Shown here: piece by piece, positions 1 through 9,673 of the stretch | How positions within the stretch are numbered: position 1 is the first letter of the stretch | Layout of the letters: each line of letters opens with the position of its first letter | IMG/VR virus record: IMGVR_UViG_3300007516_000025 | Span: 1-52,619 of that record | Strand: one strand, 5' to 3' | Source of the DNA: a virus | Taxonomy: Duplodnaviria > Caudoviricetes | Length of the DNA: 52,619 nt | Notes under the pieces: generated by a model | What the model saw: the letters and a program-made list of their open reading frames with translations, nothing else | Told to the model about the DNA's origin: nothing | Database searches by the model: none | Program-made: the position numbers and the translations under genes

Positions 1-208
1 ATAAACTATATTATATATAAACTATATTATATATAAACTATATTATATATAAACTATATTATATATAAACTATATTATATATAAACTATATAAACTATAT
101 AAACTATATTATATATAAACTATATTATATATAAACTATATAAACTATATTATATATATACTATATTATATATAAACTATATTATATAAACTATATTATA
201 TAAACTAT
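1..208. repeat. AT-rich tandem repeat, 16-bp unit ATAAACTATATTATAT with 9-bp and 14-bp variants
   Basis: Five perfect units at 1-80, then interspersed ATAAACTAT (9 bp), full units, one ATATACTATATTATAT variant and ATAAACTATATTAT (14 bp) units to ~208; truncated by the window start. Confidence 0.97.
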
Positions 209-216
209 TTAATTTA

Positions 217-238
217 GATACAGTGTTAACACTGTATC
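217..238. repeat. Perfect 22-bp palindrome GATACAGTGTTAACACTGTATC
   Basis: Sequence equals its own reverse complement; lies just after the tandem repeat. Confidence 0.95.
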
Positions 239-391
239 ATGTTTCAGTTGACTAATTTACTAATTATTACTCGCGTTGCTCGTAATAGTATGTCCACTAA
301 TTTAAGAAGATCAATTAAAATCTTTTATCGAGTTAAATTTTTTAAAAGATACTTAATTATTCTAATTAAAATCACTCATTGGGCGAACACC

Positions 392-724
392 ATGGAAAAA
401 AATTTAACAATTCTACAATTTACAGCTATTATTACTTATGAATCAGGAAGAACTTTAAGTGATATTCTTACAGAAATTAGAGCAGTTAAAGGTGTAACAA
501 TTGTAAACGTGATAAAGAAAAGTGAAAAATTGTTTAATAACAATTTTTTTCAAATAGCAGATATTGAACAAAGAGATATTTTTAGAACAATACTTTTAGT
601 TAAAGTAGAAATATCTAAATTAAAGAATTTAAACATTCAGTATTATTTAAAGAGTAAGATATCCCAGATTGGATCAATAAAAAATTGCATTATAAAAATA
701 GGAAACCTAAATTATGAACCCTAG
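392..724 (+). CDS. Hypothetical protein (start moved from 239 to ATG 392, MEKNLTILQF)
   Basis: ORF track 239..724; the 5' part overlaps a regulatory-looking region and CTAATTAA at 362-369 precedes ATG 392; small alpha/beta-like segment LSDILTEIRAVKGVTIV. Confidence 0.65.
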   Translation: MEKNLTILQFTAIITYESGRTLSDILTEIRAVKGVTIVNVIKKSEKLFNNNFFQIADIEQRDIFRTILLVKVEISKLKNLNIQYYLKSKISQIGSIKNCIIKIGNLNYEP

Positions 725-1181
725 AAGAAGAAAAGAATACTTAAAATTAAAACAATTTGTATTTAATCATACTGAATATCCCATTAATGAATTAGAGAGT
801 ATATTCGCTGATATATTTAATAATTTTATCAGGACCGGTAAATTAGTGTTACAGATGCCTCACTCTACAGACCCCCAAGCAGGAGCTCCAGCTGAACAGG
901 TGACCGTCGGTATGGATGAGCCCCTAGAAGCTGTTAGAGAGGCACTAGACCACGCCCCAGAGTCACATGAGGTATACACAGGGTCGTCAGATCTGTCAAG
1001 CGATGAATCACCAAGCACAGATGAAGAAGAATTAAGCTTTGATGAATGTCCCGAATCTGAAGAGCTAGAAAACGAAGATCTTGCAAATATAGAAAAATTA
1101 AGTACTTCGAACAATAAGAAAATTAAAAGTCTTAATCCACCAGTAGCTCGCGGTAGAAAAAAGAACTCTGCAAATAAATAA
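714..1181 (+). CDS. Hypothetical protein with acidic disordered middle and basic C-terminus
   Basis: 155-aa ORF overlapping the upstream gene. Confidence 0.75.
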   Translation: MNPRRRKEYLKLKQFVFNHTEYPINELESIFADIFNNFIRTGKLVLQMPHSTDPQAGAPAEQVTVGMDEPLEAVREALDHAPESHEVYTGSSDLSSDESPSTDEEELSFDECPESEELENEDLANIEKLSTSNNKKIKSLNPPVARGRKKNSANK

Positions 1182-1209
1182 TACTTGTTGAGTTTACAAA
1201 AGGAAATAT

Positions 1210-2022
1210 ATGAAAATTATAAAAGAGACCTCTTCAGTAGCTGGTGGTAGTGTTCAAGGCGGATCGGGTATTATTCCGAAAAGACCAATTACTAGAAATA
1301 ATGCAGTATATTCCGACATAGAACCTGAAGATGAACTTGAAGATATACCCGAGGCGGATGTTCAGGCGGAAGAAAGAAAAAAAATGAGTATTCAGTCTCA
1401 ACAATTGGAAAAACTGACAAATGGTATTATTCAAGAAAATATGTTTGAAAATGATTTGTTTAGATTGTATTTTACAAAGAAAATAGCTAAAAACATAATT
1501 TTAAAAGAGTATTCGAGTAATAGTACTGGTATAGATTTATTGTTAAGAACTTTTAAGAAAATAGAAAACCCAATTAAAGAATGGTTTTTAAACCTCAAAA
1601 CAAACCCAGAACAAAGACAACTATATCAAGATTCATTTTTCCTTAGATTAAAGAGATTTATCGAGTTATTAAATGTAGATCAGGCTCAAGCAGGGGAATT
1701 TATAAAGGCTATGAAGTCTAATCAACCCCAAAAAGAAGAGCAGGGTACGGCACTTTTTACTGATGATGAAATTCAAACAGGAAAAAGAAAATACAAAGAT
1801 ATCATTGGAGATATTGATCCAGCTCAATTTAACTCAGAAGACTTAACAGGATACAATTTTGCGAAAGAAGCATTTAAATATGTAAGTTCTCAAATTCAAA
1901 ATGATTATTTGTTATTATCAAATAAAAAAGATAGAATTGTATATTATCAATATCTGATTATTCACTTATCTTATAGATTCGCTCAATGGTCAGAAGAAGC
2001 CAATATTGGCGGAAACCTATAA
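1210..2022 (+). CDS. Hypothetical protein, possible internal head protein
   Basis: 270 aa; AGGA at 1201-1204; N-terminal IKE/IQE/LKE motifs resembling prohead-protease sites. Confidence 0.8.
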   Translation: MKIIKETSSVAGGSVQGGSGIIPKRPITRNNAVYSDIEPEDELEDIPEADVQAEERKKMSIQSQQLEKLTNGIIQENMFENDLFRLYFTKKIAKNIILKEYSSNSTGIDLLLRTFKKIENPIKEWFLNLKTNPEQRQLYQDSFFLRLKRFIELLNVDQAQAGEFIKAMKSNQPQKEEQGTALFTDDEIQTGKRKYKDIIGDIDPAQFNSEDLTGYNFAKEAFKYVSSQIQNDYLLLSNKKDRIVYYQYLIIHLSYRFAQWSEEANIGGNL

Positions 2023-2029
2023 GTGATTT

Positions 2030-2446
2030 ATGTCATTCGAATTTATACCTAAAAAACCACGTAAACTTGATGAAATAAAAAATATTATCACAAATTACGA
2101 AGAATTATCAACTTTTCGAACTAACACTAAATTTAACGATCCTTTTGAAAAAAAGAGAGGAAAACCTCTTACTGACTGTCTACTTAAAAGTAGATTTATT
2201 GACGAACAGTTTATACTTACATTAAATTCCATTGATATTATTGATCTTCTACTTATGAGGTTTGAATCCTTGCATGAGTTTTTAGATATTAAAACAAAAC
2301 CAAGTATTTCTCTCTTGACAAAGAGATTTGAAGATTCACTGATCATCTTTAGGGAAGATGAACTATATCAAGAACATATTGAGCATATAAAAACAGCTCG
2401 TAAATATAAAGAAAAATGGAAAAAATATATTAATGCAAAAAAATAG
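2030..2446 (+). CDS. Hypothetical protein
   Basis: 138-aa ORF tightly packed in the operon. Confidence 0.75.
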   Translation: MSFEFIPKKPRKLDEIKNIITNYEELSTFRTNTKFNDPFEKKRGKPLTDCLLKSRFIDEQFILTLNSIDIIDLLLMRFESLHEFLDIKTKPSISLLTKRFEDSLIIFREDELYQEHIEHIKTARKYKEKWKKYINAKK

Positions 2447-3092
2447 CGTTGTTGGTGTCAAAATAGCTAAAAATTTAGAATTATATTATGTAAATGACGG
2501 ATTTCCTTTAGATTTAAAACAAATTAAATCATTTTTAAGATCAAATATACCAAAAAAATATTTCTCAAATGTAGACATGGTATATTATTATAATTTAGAC
2601 AATAATAAAAAAGCGTATTATGAAAATAATACAATATTTATAACCTCAACACAGTGTCGGTCGAATAAAGATTTTCTTAAAAGCCTTCTTCACGAAACAG
2701 GTCATAGTTTTTATGATACAATTGAAAACCTTGATACATTTGATAGGTTAAAAGAAGAATATACCAGAAAAAAGAATAAAGTTTTAGATAGATTGAAGAG
2801 TAAGTATACAGAAGAATTATCTTCATCCGAAGAATTTAAAAGCTATTACAATGATTTTGAAAAAAATGATAAATTTGAATCATTTATTGAACAAAACATA
2901 GGATTTGATATTTTGTATGGATTTTCTAATCCATATTTTCCATCCCCGTATTGCGTATTATGTTTAGAAGAATATTTTTGCGTAGGTTTGGAAATTTATT
3001 ACACAGAAAATAGGGACTGGATTGAGCAATTTTGTCCCGTATTGAATGAAACGATTAAAACATTAGAAAAGGTGTTAAATGAAGAAGCTTAA
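2433..3092 (+). CDS. Putative zinc metallopeptidase (zincin, ATLF-like fold)
   Basis: LLHETGH (HExxH) plus downstream EEYFC-x-G-x-E-x-YY helix with a candidate third ligand Glu. Confidence 0.65.
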   Translation: MQKNSVVGVKIAKNLELYYVNDGFPLDLKQIKSFLRSNIPKKYFSNVDMVYYYNLDNNKKAYYENNTIFITSTQCRSNKDFLKSLLHETGHSFYDTIENLDTFDRLKEEYTRKKNKVLDRLKSKYTEELSSSEEFKSYYNDFEKNDKFESFIEQNIGFDILYGFSNPYFPSPYCVLCLEEYFCVGLEIYYTENRDWIEQFCPVLNETIKTLEKVLNEEA

Positions 3093-4338
3093 GGTGTTAA
3101 CAATTTCTGATTATCCATTGGGTGCATCTGGTGTATCGCACACTATGAAGGAAATTGTCAAAAGTCTATTGATTGATGAGAATATTGAAATTTGTTCAAT
3201 GGGTATTTTGAATAAAAAGATGGACCTACAACCATCAAAACCAGATCCAAGATGGTCTGTTTTCCCTATCGAGGGGTTTCGTGATATTAGTGCTTATAGA
3301 CAGTTTGTTGATGGGTTTAAACCAGATTTAATAATCTTTCAATCAGACCCTAGATTTTATAAAGAGTTTCTCTTATCTGATAATGAGTGGAGAAAGAATG
3401 TACCATTGATTTGGTATACGATATGGGATAATTATCCATATCCAATTTATAATGATAAAATCTGGGATTCTGTTGATTATACTGTTTGTATAAGTCAGGT
3501 TACATACGATATTGTTAATAAAGTTAGTCCCAACGTTAAAAATTACTATATGCCACATGCAGTAAATCCACAAGTCTTCAAGACCTATGACAAAAACATG
3601 GTTAATCAATTCATTGATAAGAATTTACCTTATCAGAAAGATAAATTTACTGTTTTTTGGAATAATAAGAATGCGCGTCGGAAGAATGGAGCCACCCTTA
3701 TTGATGTATTTGGGAAATTTGCTAATAACGTAGGTAGGGACAAAGTTTTTATGTTAATGCATACCAACGTAGATGATCCCAATGGATTTGATTTACTCAG
3801 AATTGTTCAAGATTTTGGTCTTCAAGATTGTATTGGTTTCTCACAAGAGAAAGTTCCCGATTATGTAATTGCAATGCTTAACAATTGTGCTGATGTCACT
3901 ATTAACATATCTGATAATGAGGGTTTCGGCTTAAACGTTATCGAATCCTTGTCTTGTGGTACACCTGTTATTGCCAATTTAACAGGTGGTATGATTGAAC
4001 AAATGATTTTAGAAGACGGTACAAGCCCAGGTATTGGAATTAAGCCATCGTGTACTTATATTATAGGTGAACCGGCGAATAATAATCCAATGGCGGCACC
4101 ATATATTTATGAGAATAGGGTATCTAATGTCGATATTGAAAACGCTTTAGTAAAAATGTTCAACATGCCTAAAGAGGACAGACAAGCTCTAGGGAGACTA
4201 GGACAAGAACACATTAATAAGAATTTCTCATATGAGAAATTCGGGCAGTTTTGGCCTAATTTCGTAAGAGAAGTCAACAATAAGTGTGAATCTTGGCCTA
4301 GAATTGATTATTTGCCATATACATTTACAGAAATTTAA
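3079..4338 (+). CDS. Glycosyltransferase family 4 (GT-B)
   Basis: N-terminal VLTISDYP..SGV; RRKN; C-terminal NEGFGLNVIESLSCGTPVIA (EX7E motif). Confidence 0.92.
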   Translation: MKKLKVLTISDYPLGASGVSHTMKEIVKSLLIDENIEICSMGILNKKMDLQPSKPDPRWSVFPIEGFRDISAYRQFVDGFKPDLIIFQSDPRFYKEFLLSDNEWRKNVPLIWYTIWDNYPYPIYNDKIWDSVDYTVCISQVTYDIVNKVSPNVKNYYMPHAVNPQVFKTYDKNMVNQFIDKNLPYQKDKFTVFWNNKNARRKNGATLIDVFGKFANNVGRDKVFMLMHTNVDDPNGFDLLRIVQDFGLQDCIGFSQEKVPDYVIAMLNNCADVTINISDNEGFGLNVIESLSCGTPVIANLTGGMIEQMILEDGTSPGIGIKPSCTYIIGEPANNNPMAAPYIYENRVSNVDIENALVKMFNMPKEDRQALGRLGQEHINKNFSYEKFGQFWPNFVREVNNKCESWPRIDYLPYTFTEI

Positions 4339-4351
4339 CTCAAGGATTATA

Positions 4352-5536
4352 ATGAAGAAAATTTTAGTCACAGCCCCTGTGTACTCTCAATCGGGCTACG
4401 GGCAACATGCGAGAACTTTGATTGCGGCTTTAATGACATTAGAGGGTGTTGATATTTATCTAAACCCTACTCAATGGGCCAAATCAGCCAGAATTACTAA
4501 TTTTGAGAATTGGTATTGGTGTGAATTATTAGAGAAAAAATTCGTAGAAAGTATGAACGGTGACGAACGTTATTTTGATATCAGCATACAAGTTGCGCCC
4601 GTACATGAATTTAAATCGATGGCCCCTATAAACATTGGACTAACTGCATTAGTCGAGACCGATAGGGTTTCTGTAGAATATATAAATGCCATTAATTCAA
4701 TGACAGAGGTTATTGTTTTATCTGAATTTAATTTAGATGTTATTAAAAATTCTATTTATGAAAATATTAAGATTAATAAAACTGTATTAAAAGCAAATTA
4801 TGCTTTTGTAACAGAATCAAGTGATTCTTTAGAACTAGAATTGACAACTGATTTTAATTTTTTGGTTATTAATCAAATATGTGAAAGAAAAAATTTCGGT
4901 TTAACCCTTGAGGTATTTTTAGATACATTTAAAAACGAAGAAAATGTAGGTTTGATTTGTAAAGTTCATCGTTTAAATGGTTCTACGATTGATAAATACA
5001 TGACAACAGAGTACATCAGAAATGTAAAGAATAAATTCCCAAATAGTAAGTGTAAAATTTACTTATTACACGGTGATTTTGAAGATTCCAAAATGAAGTC
5101 TTTGTATACCAATCCAAAAATTCAATGTTTAGTGACATCTACAAGAGGTGAATCATGGGGATTGCCTATATTTGAAGCGGCTTGTCTTGGTTTGCCTGTA
5201 ATTGCCCCTGATTATAGTGGATATAGAGATTTTATGTATATAAGCAAAACAGAAAAAATGTTTTTAAGTACAAAATACAAATTAGAAAAAATTAATCCAC
5301 AATTTATATGGGAAAAAGTATTAATTGAAAATAGCTTATGGGCAACAGTTGACAATTTATCATATAAGAAATGTTTTTTGAATATGTATAAAGATTACCC
5401 AAAATATAAATCCATGGCCAATAAATTGAAAACATATTTAAAAACAGAATTCGATGAAGTTAAGGTATATAAGCAATATACTGATGTATTTAAAAAATAC
5501 ATCGATATTGAGTGTGAAGATATAGTGGTGCTATAA
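4352..5536 (+). CDS. Glycosyltransferase family 4 (GT-B)
   Basis: Likely start MKKILV at 4352 after AAGGA; SQSGYG; ERKN; RGESWGLPIFEAACLGLPVIA. Confidence 0.9.
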   Translation: MKKILVTAPVYSQSGYGQHARTLIAALMTLEGVDIYLNPTQWAKSARITNFENWYWCELLEKKFVESMNGDERYFDISIQVAPVHEFKSMAPINIGLTALVETDRVSVEYINAINSMTEVIVLSEFNLDVIKNSIYENIKINKTVLKANYAFVTESSDSLELELTTDFNFLVINQICERKNFGLTLEVFLDTFKNEENVGLICKVHRLNGSTIDKYMTTEYIRNVKNKFPNSKCKIYLLHGDFEDSKMKSLYTNPKIQCLVTSTRGESWGLPIFEAACLGLPVIAPDYSGYRDFMYISKTEKMFLSTKYKLEKINPQFIWEKVLIENSLWATVDNLSYKKCFLNMYKDYPKYKSMANKLKTYLKTEFDEVKVYKQYTDVFKKYIDIECEDIVVL

Positions 5537-6387
5537 TGAACAATATATATTTTATTTCAGACTTCTTCCTTAGAGAAGTAGAAGGTGGTGCTGAACAATA
5601 CGATGATGTTATTATTAAGCACTTTGGTATTAAAAATTTAATTAAAAGCTCTGTTTTGACAGTAGAAATGTTGACATCTTTATGTAAAAGAAACAAAGAT
5701 ATCAAATTTATTATTTCAAATTCTTCGTTTTTGAAAAATGACGTTATGAAAATTTTGTCTGAAAAAGAATTTATAGTTATTGAACATGATTATAAGTTTT
5801 TAAAAGACAGGAATATTACAAATTACAAATCAACAAATTACATCGTTCCAGTAGAAATGGTTTTAGAAAATATTCGCAATCTCTATAAGAATGCAAAACT
5901 TGTCATATGTCAAACAACGTTTCACGAAGAAATTATTAAGTCTAATTTATCACTTACGAATACATTTAATTTAAAATGTAGTCTGTTCAGTGAAAATACT
6001 CTAGAATTACTTAAAAAACTGAAAAACCTTAATGTTATTCCGCTTGATGTTTCTGTTTTTGTAAATTATGATAACTATAATAAAGGCTCTGATTTATCTA
6101 AAAAATATTGTATAGATAACAAATTAGAGTTTGATTCTATAGAACCAGCTTCTCATGATGAATACCTAGACTCTCTTACAAATTATAATAATTTCGTATT
6201 TATCCCTAGAATTTTAGAATCCTGTAGCCGAGTTGTTATTGAAGCAATGTGTCTTGGTTTAAATATTGTGACAAGAAATACTCCAATCTCTAAAGAGGTT
6301 GATTTTATTGAAAGTGATGATAAAATCCTGTTTTTAAGGGACAGAAAGAGTGTTTTATTATTGAAGATTAAAGAATTTATAGAGTAA
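5536..6387 (+). CDS. Glycosyltransferase, divergent GT4-like
   Basis: EGGAE N-terminal loop, IEHDY, NKG, and ESCSRVVIEAMCLG (EX7E motif). Confidence 0.75.
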   Translation: MNNIYFISDFFLREVEGGAEQYDDVIIKHFGIKNLIKSSVLTVEMLTSLCKRNKDIKFIISNSSFLKNDVMKILSEKEFIVIEHDYKFLKDRNITNYKSTNYIVPVEMVLENIRNLYKNAKLVICQTTFHEEIIKSNLSLTNTFNLKCSLFSENTLELLKKLKNLNVIPLDVSVFVNYDNYNKGSDLSKKYCIDNKLEFDSIEPASHDEYLDSLTNYNNFVFIPRILESCSRVVIEAMCLGLNIVTRNTPISKEVDFIESDDKILFLRDRKSVLLLKIKEFIE

Positions 6388-6427
6388 AACAGAATTTATT
6401 ATAATAAACTAAAGGAAGATTTTTAAA

Positions 6428-7162
6428 ATGGATGAAACAGAAAAACAAACAACTCTTTTGATTAAATCATTTTTACGCAAAGAATGTGTAGAAGCGTTAG
6501 TTTCATCAATTAGAAAATATTATAAAAATATCAAGATTGTAATTGTAGACGATTCGGATTTAGTATTCAATTTTAATGATATTAATATTGATATCTATAA
6601 CATTAAATTTGATTCTGGTATCTCTGTTGGTAGAAATTACGGAATTGATAGAATTAATACAAAATATTTTGTATTACTTGACGATGATTTTGTTTTTACA
6701 AGTGATACAAAAATACATCTTTTGTATCAGACTATAGAATCTTCTGATTTAGATATTCTTGGTGGTGCTGTTATAGAAAATTCTAGATATTTATCGTATA
6801 ATGGTAATTTTTTTATCAATGAAGAAAATAACACTCTGGAGTTGCGTAAATTAAATCTACAAAAAGAAGTATTGACTGTTTGTGATATAATTCCAAACTT
6901 TTTTATTGCTAAAACGGAAAAAATTAAAGAAATAAGGTGGGATGACTGTCTTAAAGTAGCAGAACATGCAGCATTTTTTTATAAATGCAAGGGTCGTGCT
7001 AAGGTAGGATATACAAATATTGCCTCTATTAACCATTGTCAAAAAAGTAATAAAAATTACCACGAATACAGAAAAAGAAGCATGGAATATTTCAAAATTT
7101 GGCTAAATAAATTACCGTTTAGTGGTTTTGTTGACATAAATTCAGAAAAGTATAAAGTATAA
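6428..7162 (+). CDS. GT-A glycosyltransferase, B4GALNT/GT12-like
   Basis: IVIVDDS; GISVGRN..TKYFVLLDDDFVFT; DILGG; NFFIAKT; WDDCLKVAEHAAFF. Confidence 0.85.
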   Translation: MDETEKQTTLLIKSFLRKECVEALVSSIRKYYKNIKIVIVDDSDLVFNFNDINIDIYNIKFDSGISVGRNYGIDRINTKYFVLLDDDFVFTSDTKIHLLYQTIESSDLDILGGAVIENSRYLSYNGNFFINEENNTLELRKLNLQKEVLTVCDIIPNFFIAKTEKIKEIRWDDCLKVAEHAAFFYKCKGRAKVGYTNIASINHCQKSNKNYHEYRKRSMEYFKIWLNKLPFSGFVDINSEKYKV

Positions 7163-7165
7163 AGC

Positions 7166-7906
7166 ATGAAAATCAAAATAGTCGTTCCGTTTTATAATTC
7201 AAAATGGATTTGTAAATGCATAGAATCAATACAATCACAAATATTTACAAATTTTGATTGTTTAATAATTGATGATTGTTCTACTATGGATTTAGAGGAA
7301 TCTATTTATAAATTAATTCATAATGATTCAAGATTCAAATATATTAAAAATGATAATAGATTATATGCATTAGAAAATATTTATAATGGGCTATTATCGC
7401 TATATGAGAACAACAATGAAGATATCGCCACAGTTATTGATGGCGATGATTGGTTATCTGATGAACATAGTTTGCAAAAAGTAATTGATATTTATGTAAA
7501 TTCTAATTGCATGTTAACTCACGGTAGCTGGAACACAAATCCTGATGGATTTAAGGACTCTTCTACAAATTCAGAATATGCAAAAAAAATAATTGATAAA
7601 AGTGATTTTAGATTTTGTGCATGGAAATGTTCTCAACTAAGAACATTTAAATATTCGTTATTTAAAAATATTTTAAAAAAGGATCTTCTAAATTCAGATG
7701 GTAGTTTTTTCAAAACTACATACGATCTTGCACTTATGTTTCCGATGATGGAAATGGCCCCCAATAGAATTCAATTTATTAAAGATGATCTATATATTTA
7801 CAATATATTAAATGAATTAAATGATTACAAGGTTCACAGAAAAGAACAGCTTCATATTGAAAAAATCATAAGATCCAAAAAGAAATATAGCAAACTTTTT
7901 GATTAA
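7166..7906 (+). CDS. Glycosyltransferase family 2 (GT-A)
   Basis: IVVPFYN..KCIESIQSQ..IIDDCST; IDGDDWL (DxD); DLALMFPMMEMA. Confidence 0.9.
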   Translation: MKIKIVVPFYNSKWICKCIESIQSQIFTNFDCLIIDDCSTMDLEESIYKLIHNDSRFKYIKNDNRLYALENIYNGLLSLYENNNEDIATVIDGDDWLSDEHSLQKVIDIYVNSNCMLTHGSWNTNPDGFKDSSTNSEYAKKIIDKSDFRFCAWKCSQLRTFKYSLFKNILKKDLLNSDGSFFKTTYDLALMFPMMEMAPNRIQFIKDDLYIYNILNELNDYKVHRKEQLHIEKIIRSKKKYSKLFD

Positions 7907-7930
7907 CAAAAGTTTACATGTGTTTATAAT
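7903..7930 (+). promoter_or_regulatory. Possible sigma70-type promoter
   Basis: TTAACA (7903-7908), 16-bp spacer, TATAAT (7925-7930), followed by GGAGAGGT SD at 7936-7943; chance matches are likely in AT-rich DNA. Confidence 0.35.
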
Positions 7931-7947
7931 CTTGCGGAGAGGTTAAG

Positions 7948-8799
7948 ATGAATAAAATCCTTATCGTTGGTGGCAATAGTTATATTGGATACTCTATAGT
8001 AAAAGCGTTTTTAACCACGCCATATAATATAACTATTTTTGACGATATGTCAAAATTTGATTATGCACCTGTATATGCAAATTCATTTGATTCAAAAAAT
8101 GATCAAGGTAGCTTAGAACACTTATTAAATATAGCTGATAATTATAATTTTATTATTTGGATTCCACATGAATCTCTATTCAAAAATACTGATTATAAAC
8201 AATACGAAATTATTGAATTATTAAAAGGTGTTCATAAGCATTTTATATTGTTATCTGATTCATCTGTCTACGGCTTGGATAACATGTTTTGTGAAAGTGA
8301 CGAAAATAGCTGTACTGATTCATCAAGTAATAATAATTATGAGCTGCTCTTATTAGAAGATTATGTTAAAGAAAATTTAACAACTTATAGTATTTTAAGA
8401 GTTGCTAATCTATATGGACATACAACTTCAAATCTTATACAAACAGATCTCTTATTAAATAAAGAGATGAAAGATTTGGTAAACACCAAACTTTTACCCT
8501 ATCTTGTTGATGATAAACCTATCTGTATAATACACATTAATGATCTCGGGTTATCAATAGTAAAAATTATTGAAAAGAAATTATGTGGTATTATTAACAT
8601 AGGTGCTCAAAATACCACTTGGAACGATCTAATAAATCAAGTTGTAAAATTTCAACATAATGATTATTATGAAGAAATTACTGTAGATTCAAATTTAGAC
8701 GAAAATATTTTTAAACACTTAGATTTAGATAAATTAAAAACTATCGGATTTAAGCCCATGTATAAAATTCATAATTTTATACATCAATTACAAAACTAA
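7948..8799 (+). CDS. NAD-dependent epimerase/dehydratase family protein (degenerate extended SDR)
   Basis: KILIVGGNSYIG Rossmann motif, SDSSVYG, ILRVANLYG, IIHINDL, INIG. Confidence 0.8.
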   Translation: MNKILIVGGNSYIGYSIVKAFLTTPYNITIFDDMSKFDYAPVYANSFDSKNDQGSLEHLLNIADNYNFIIWIPHESLFKNTDYKQYEIIELLKGVHKHFILLSDSSVYGLDNMFCESDENSCTDSSSNNNYELLLLEDYVKENLTTYSILRVANLYGHTTSNLIQTDLLLNKEMKDLVNTKLLPYLVDDKPICIIHINDLGLSIVKIIEKKLCGIINIGAQNTTWNDLINQVVKFQHNDYYEEITVDSNLDENIFKHLDLDKLKTIGFKPMYKIHNFIHQLQN

Positions 8800-8808
8800 G
8801 GAGTTTTT

Positions 8809-9048
8809 ATGAAATTAGCGTTAGATTCAGTTGTTTGCTTTATGATGCTTTTACAAAAAGCATTGATGGAAGATTTGGATATGACTACTCTTGTAGAGAG
8901 TATGGAATTTGAATTAAGAGAAGATGATTTGCTATACGTTAGCAATCAAGAATCATTTAATCTTGATACAAGTTCGTTATTATCAGATCTAGACGATGAC
9001 GATGATGACTCAGAATCATTGTCATTTGATTTTCTTGAAACAAAATAG
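8809..9048 (+). CDS. Small acidic hypothetical protein
   Basis: 79 aa; strong AAGGAG SD; poly-Asp near the C-terminus. Confidence 0.8.
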   Translation: MKLALDSVVCFMMLLQKALMEDLDMTTLVESMEFELREDDLLYVSNQESFNLDTSSLLSDLDDDDDDSESLSFDFLETK

Positions 9049-9057
9049 GTCTTTACA

Positions 9058-9282
9058 ATGTATAGAATTTTTTATTGTGAAGAGTGTAATAAACATTTTA
9101 AATTAAAATTTAATTCACATACAACATGTGAATGTGGTGTTGAAATGCAGAGGATATATGACTCCAGTATTTTAACAAAAGTAATTCAATTTACACAAAC
9201 TAAAGAAGACTTAATTCTAGATCTTAGAAAAGATCTAGAAGATAATAAGAAAAAATTCAAAAATGAATTAGAGGAATTATAA
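9058..9282 (+). CDS. Zinc-ribbon protein (FmdB-like)
   Basis: YCEEC...CECG..MQRIY followed by a helical tail. Confidence 0.65.
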   Translation: MYRIFYCEECNKHFKLKFNSHTTCECGVEMQRIYDSSILTKVIQFTQTKEDLILDLRKDLEDNKKKFKNELEEL

Positions 9283-9283
9283 G

Positions 9284-9673
9284 ATGTTGGAATTGACAAT
9301 TGTATTTACATTAATATTTTTAGTTGTGTTTTCGTTTTTAACATATAAGTTATTAATGAAAACAACAGATAAGATTATGCAAAGAACTAACGAATTAGTT
9401 ATTAATAAAATTGAAGAAATAGAAACAGAAAAAAATCAATTATGGGTGAGCCTTGATACTTTTATAGATATCATGTCGGCTACAAAAGAAGATATTTCTA
9501 GAAATGTTGATTCTTTTTGTGAAATGCTTACAGATGTAGAAAATAACGAAGGATATCTAGATCCAGAGGTTGTGAAGCAAGTTATTGTGGTTTCTTCTAA
9601 ATTTAAATTAAAAATTAATGATATTTATTCGAATTTATTGAAAAAGGCAACAGATGAAAAATATACTAGATAA
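9284..9673 (+). CDS. Hypothetical membrane-anchored protein
   Basis: N-terminal hydrophobic helix then coiled-coil; GAGG SD. Confidence 0.75.
   Translation: MLELTIVFTLIFLVVFSFLTYKLLMKTTDKIMQRTNELVINKIEEIETEKNQLWVSLDTFIDIMSATKEDISRNVDSFCEMLTDVENNEGYLDPEVVKQVIVVSSKFKLKINDIYSNLLKKATDEKYTR

Noticed and set aside
1-208. CRISPR array interpretation of the terminal repeat
   Set aside because: Units are contiguous with no unique spacers, and no cas genes are present
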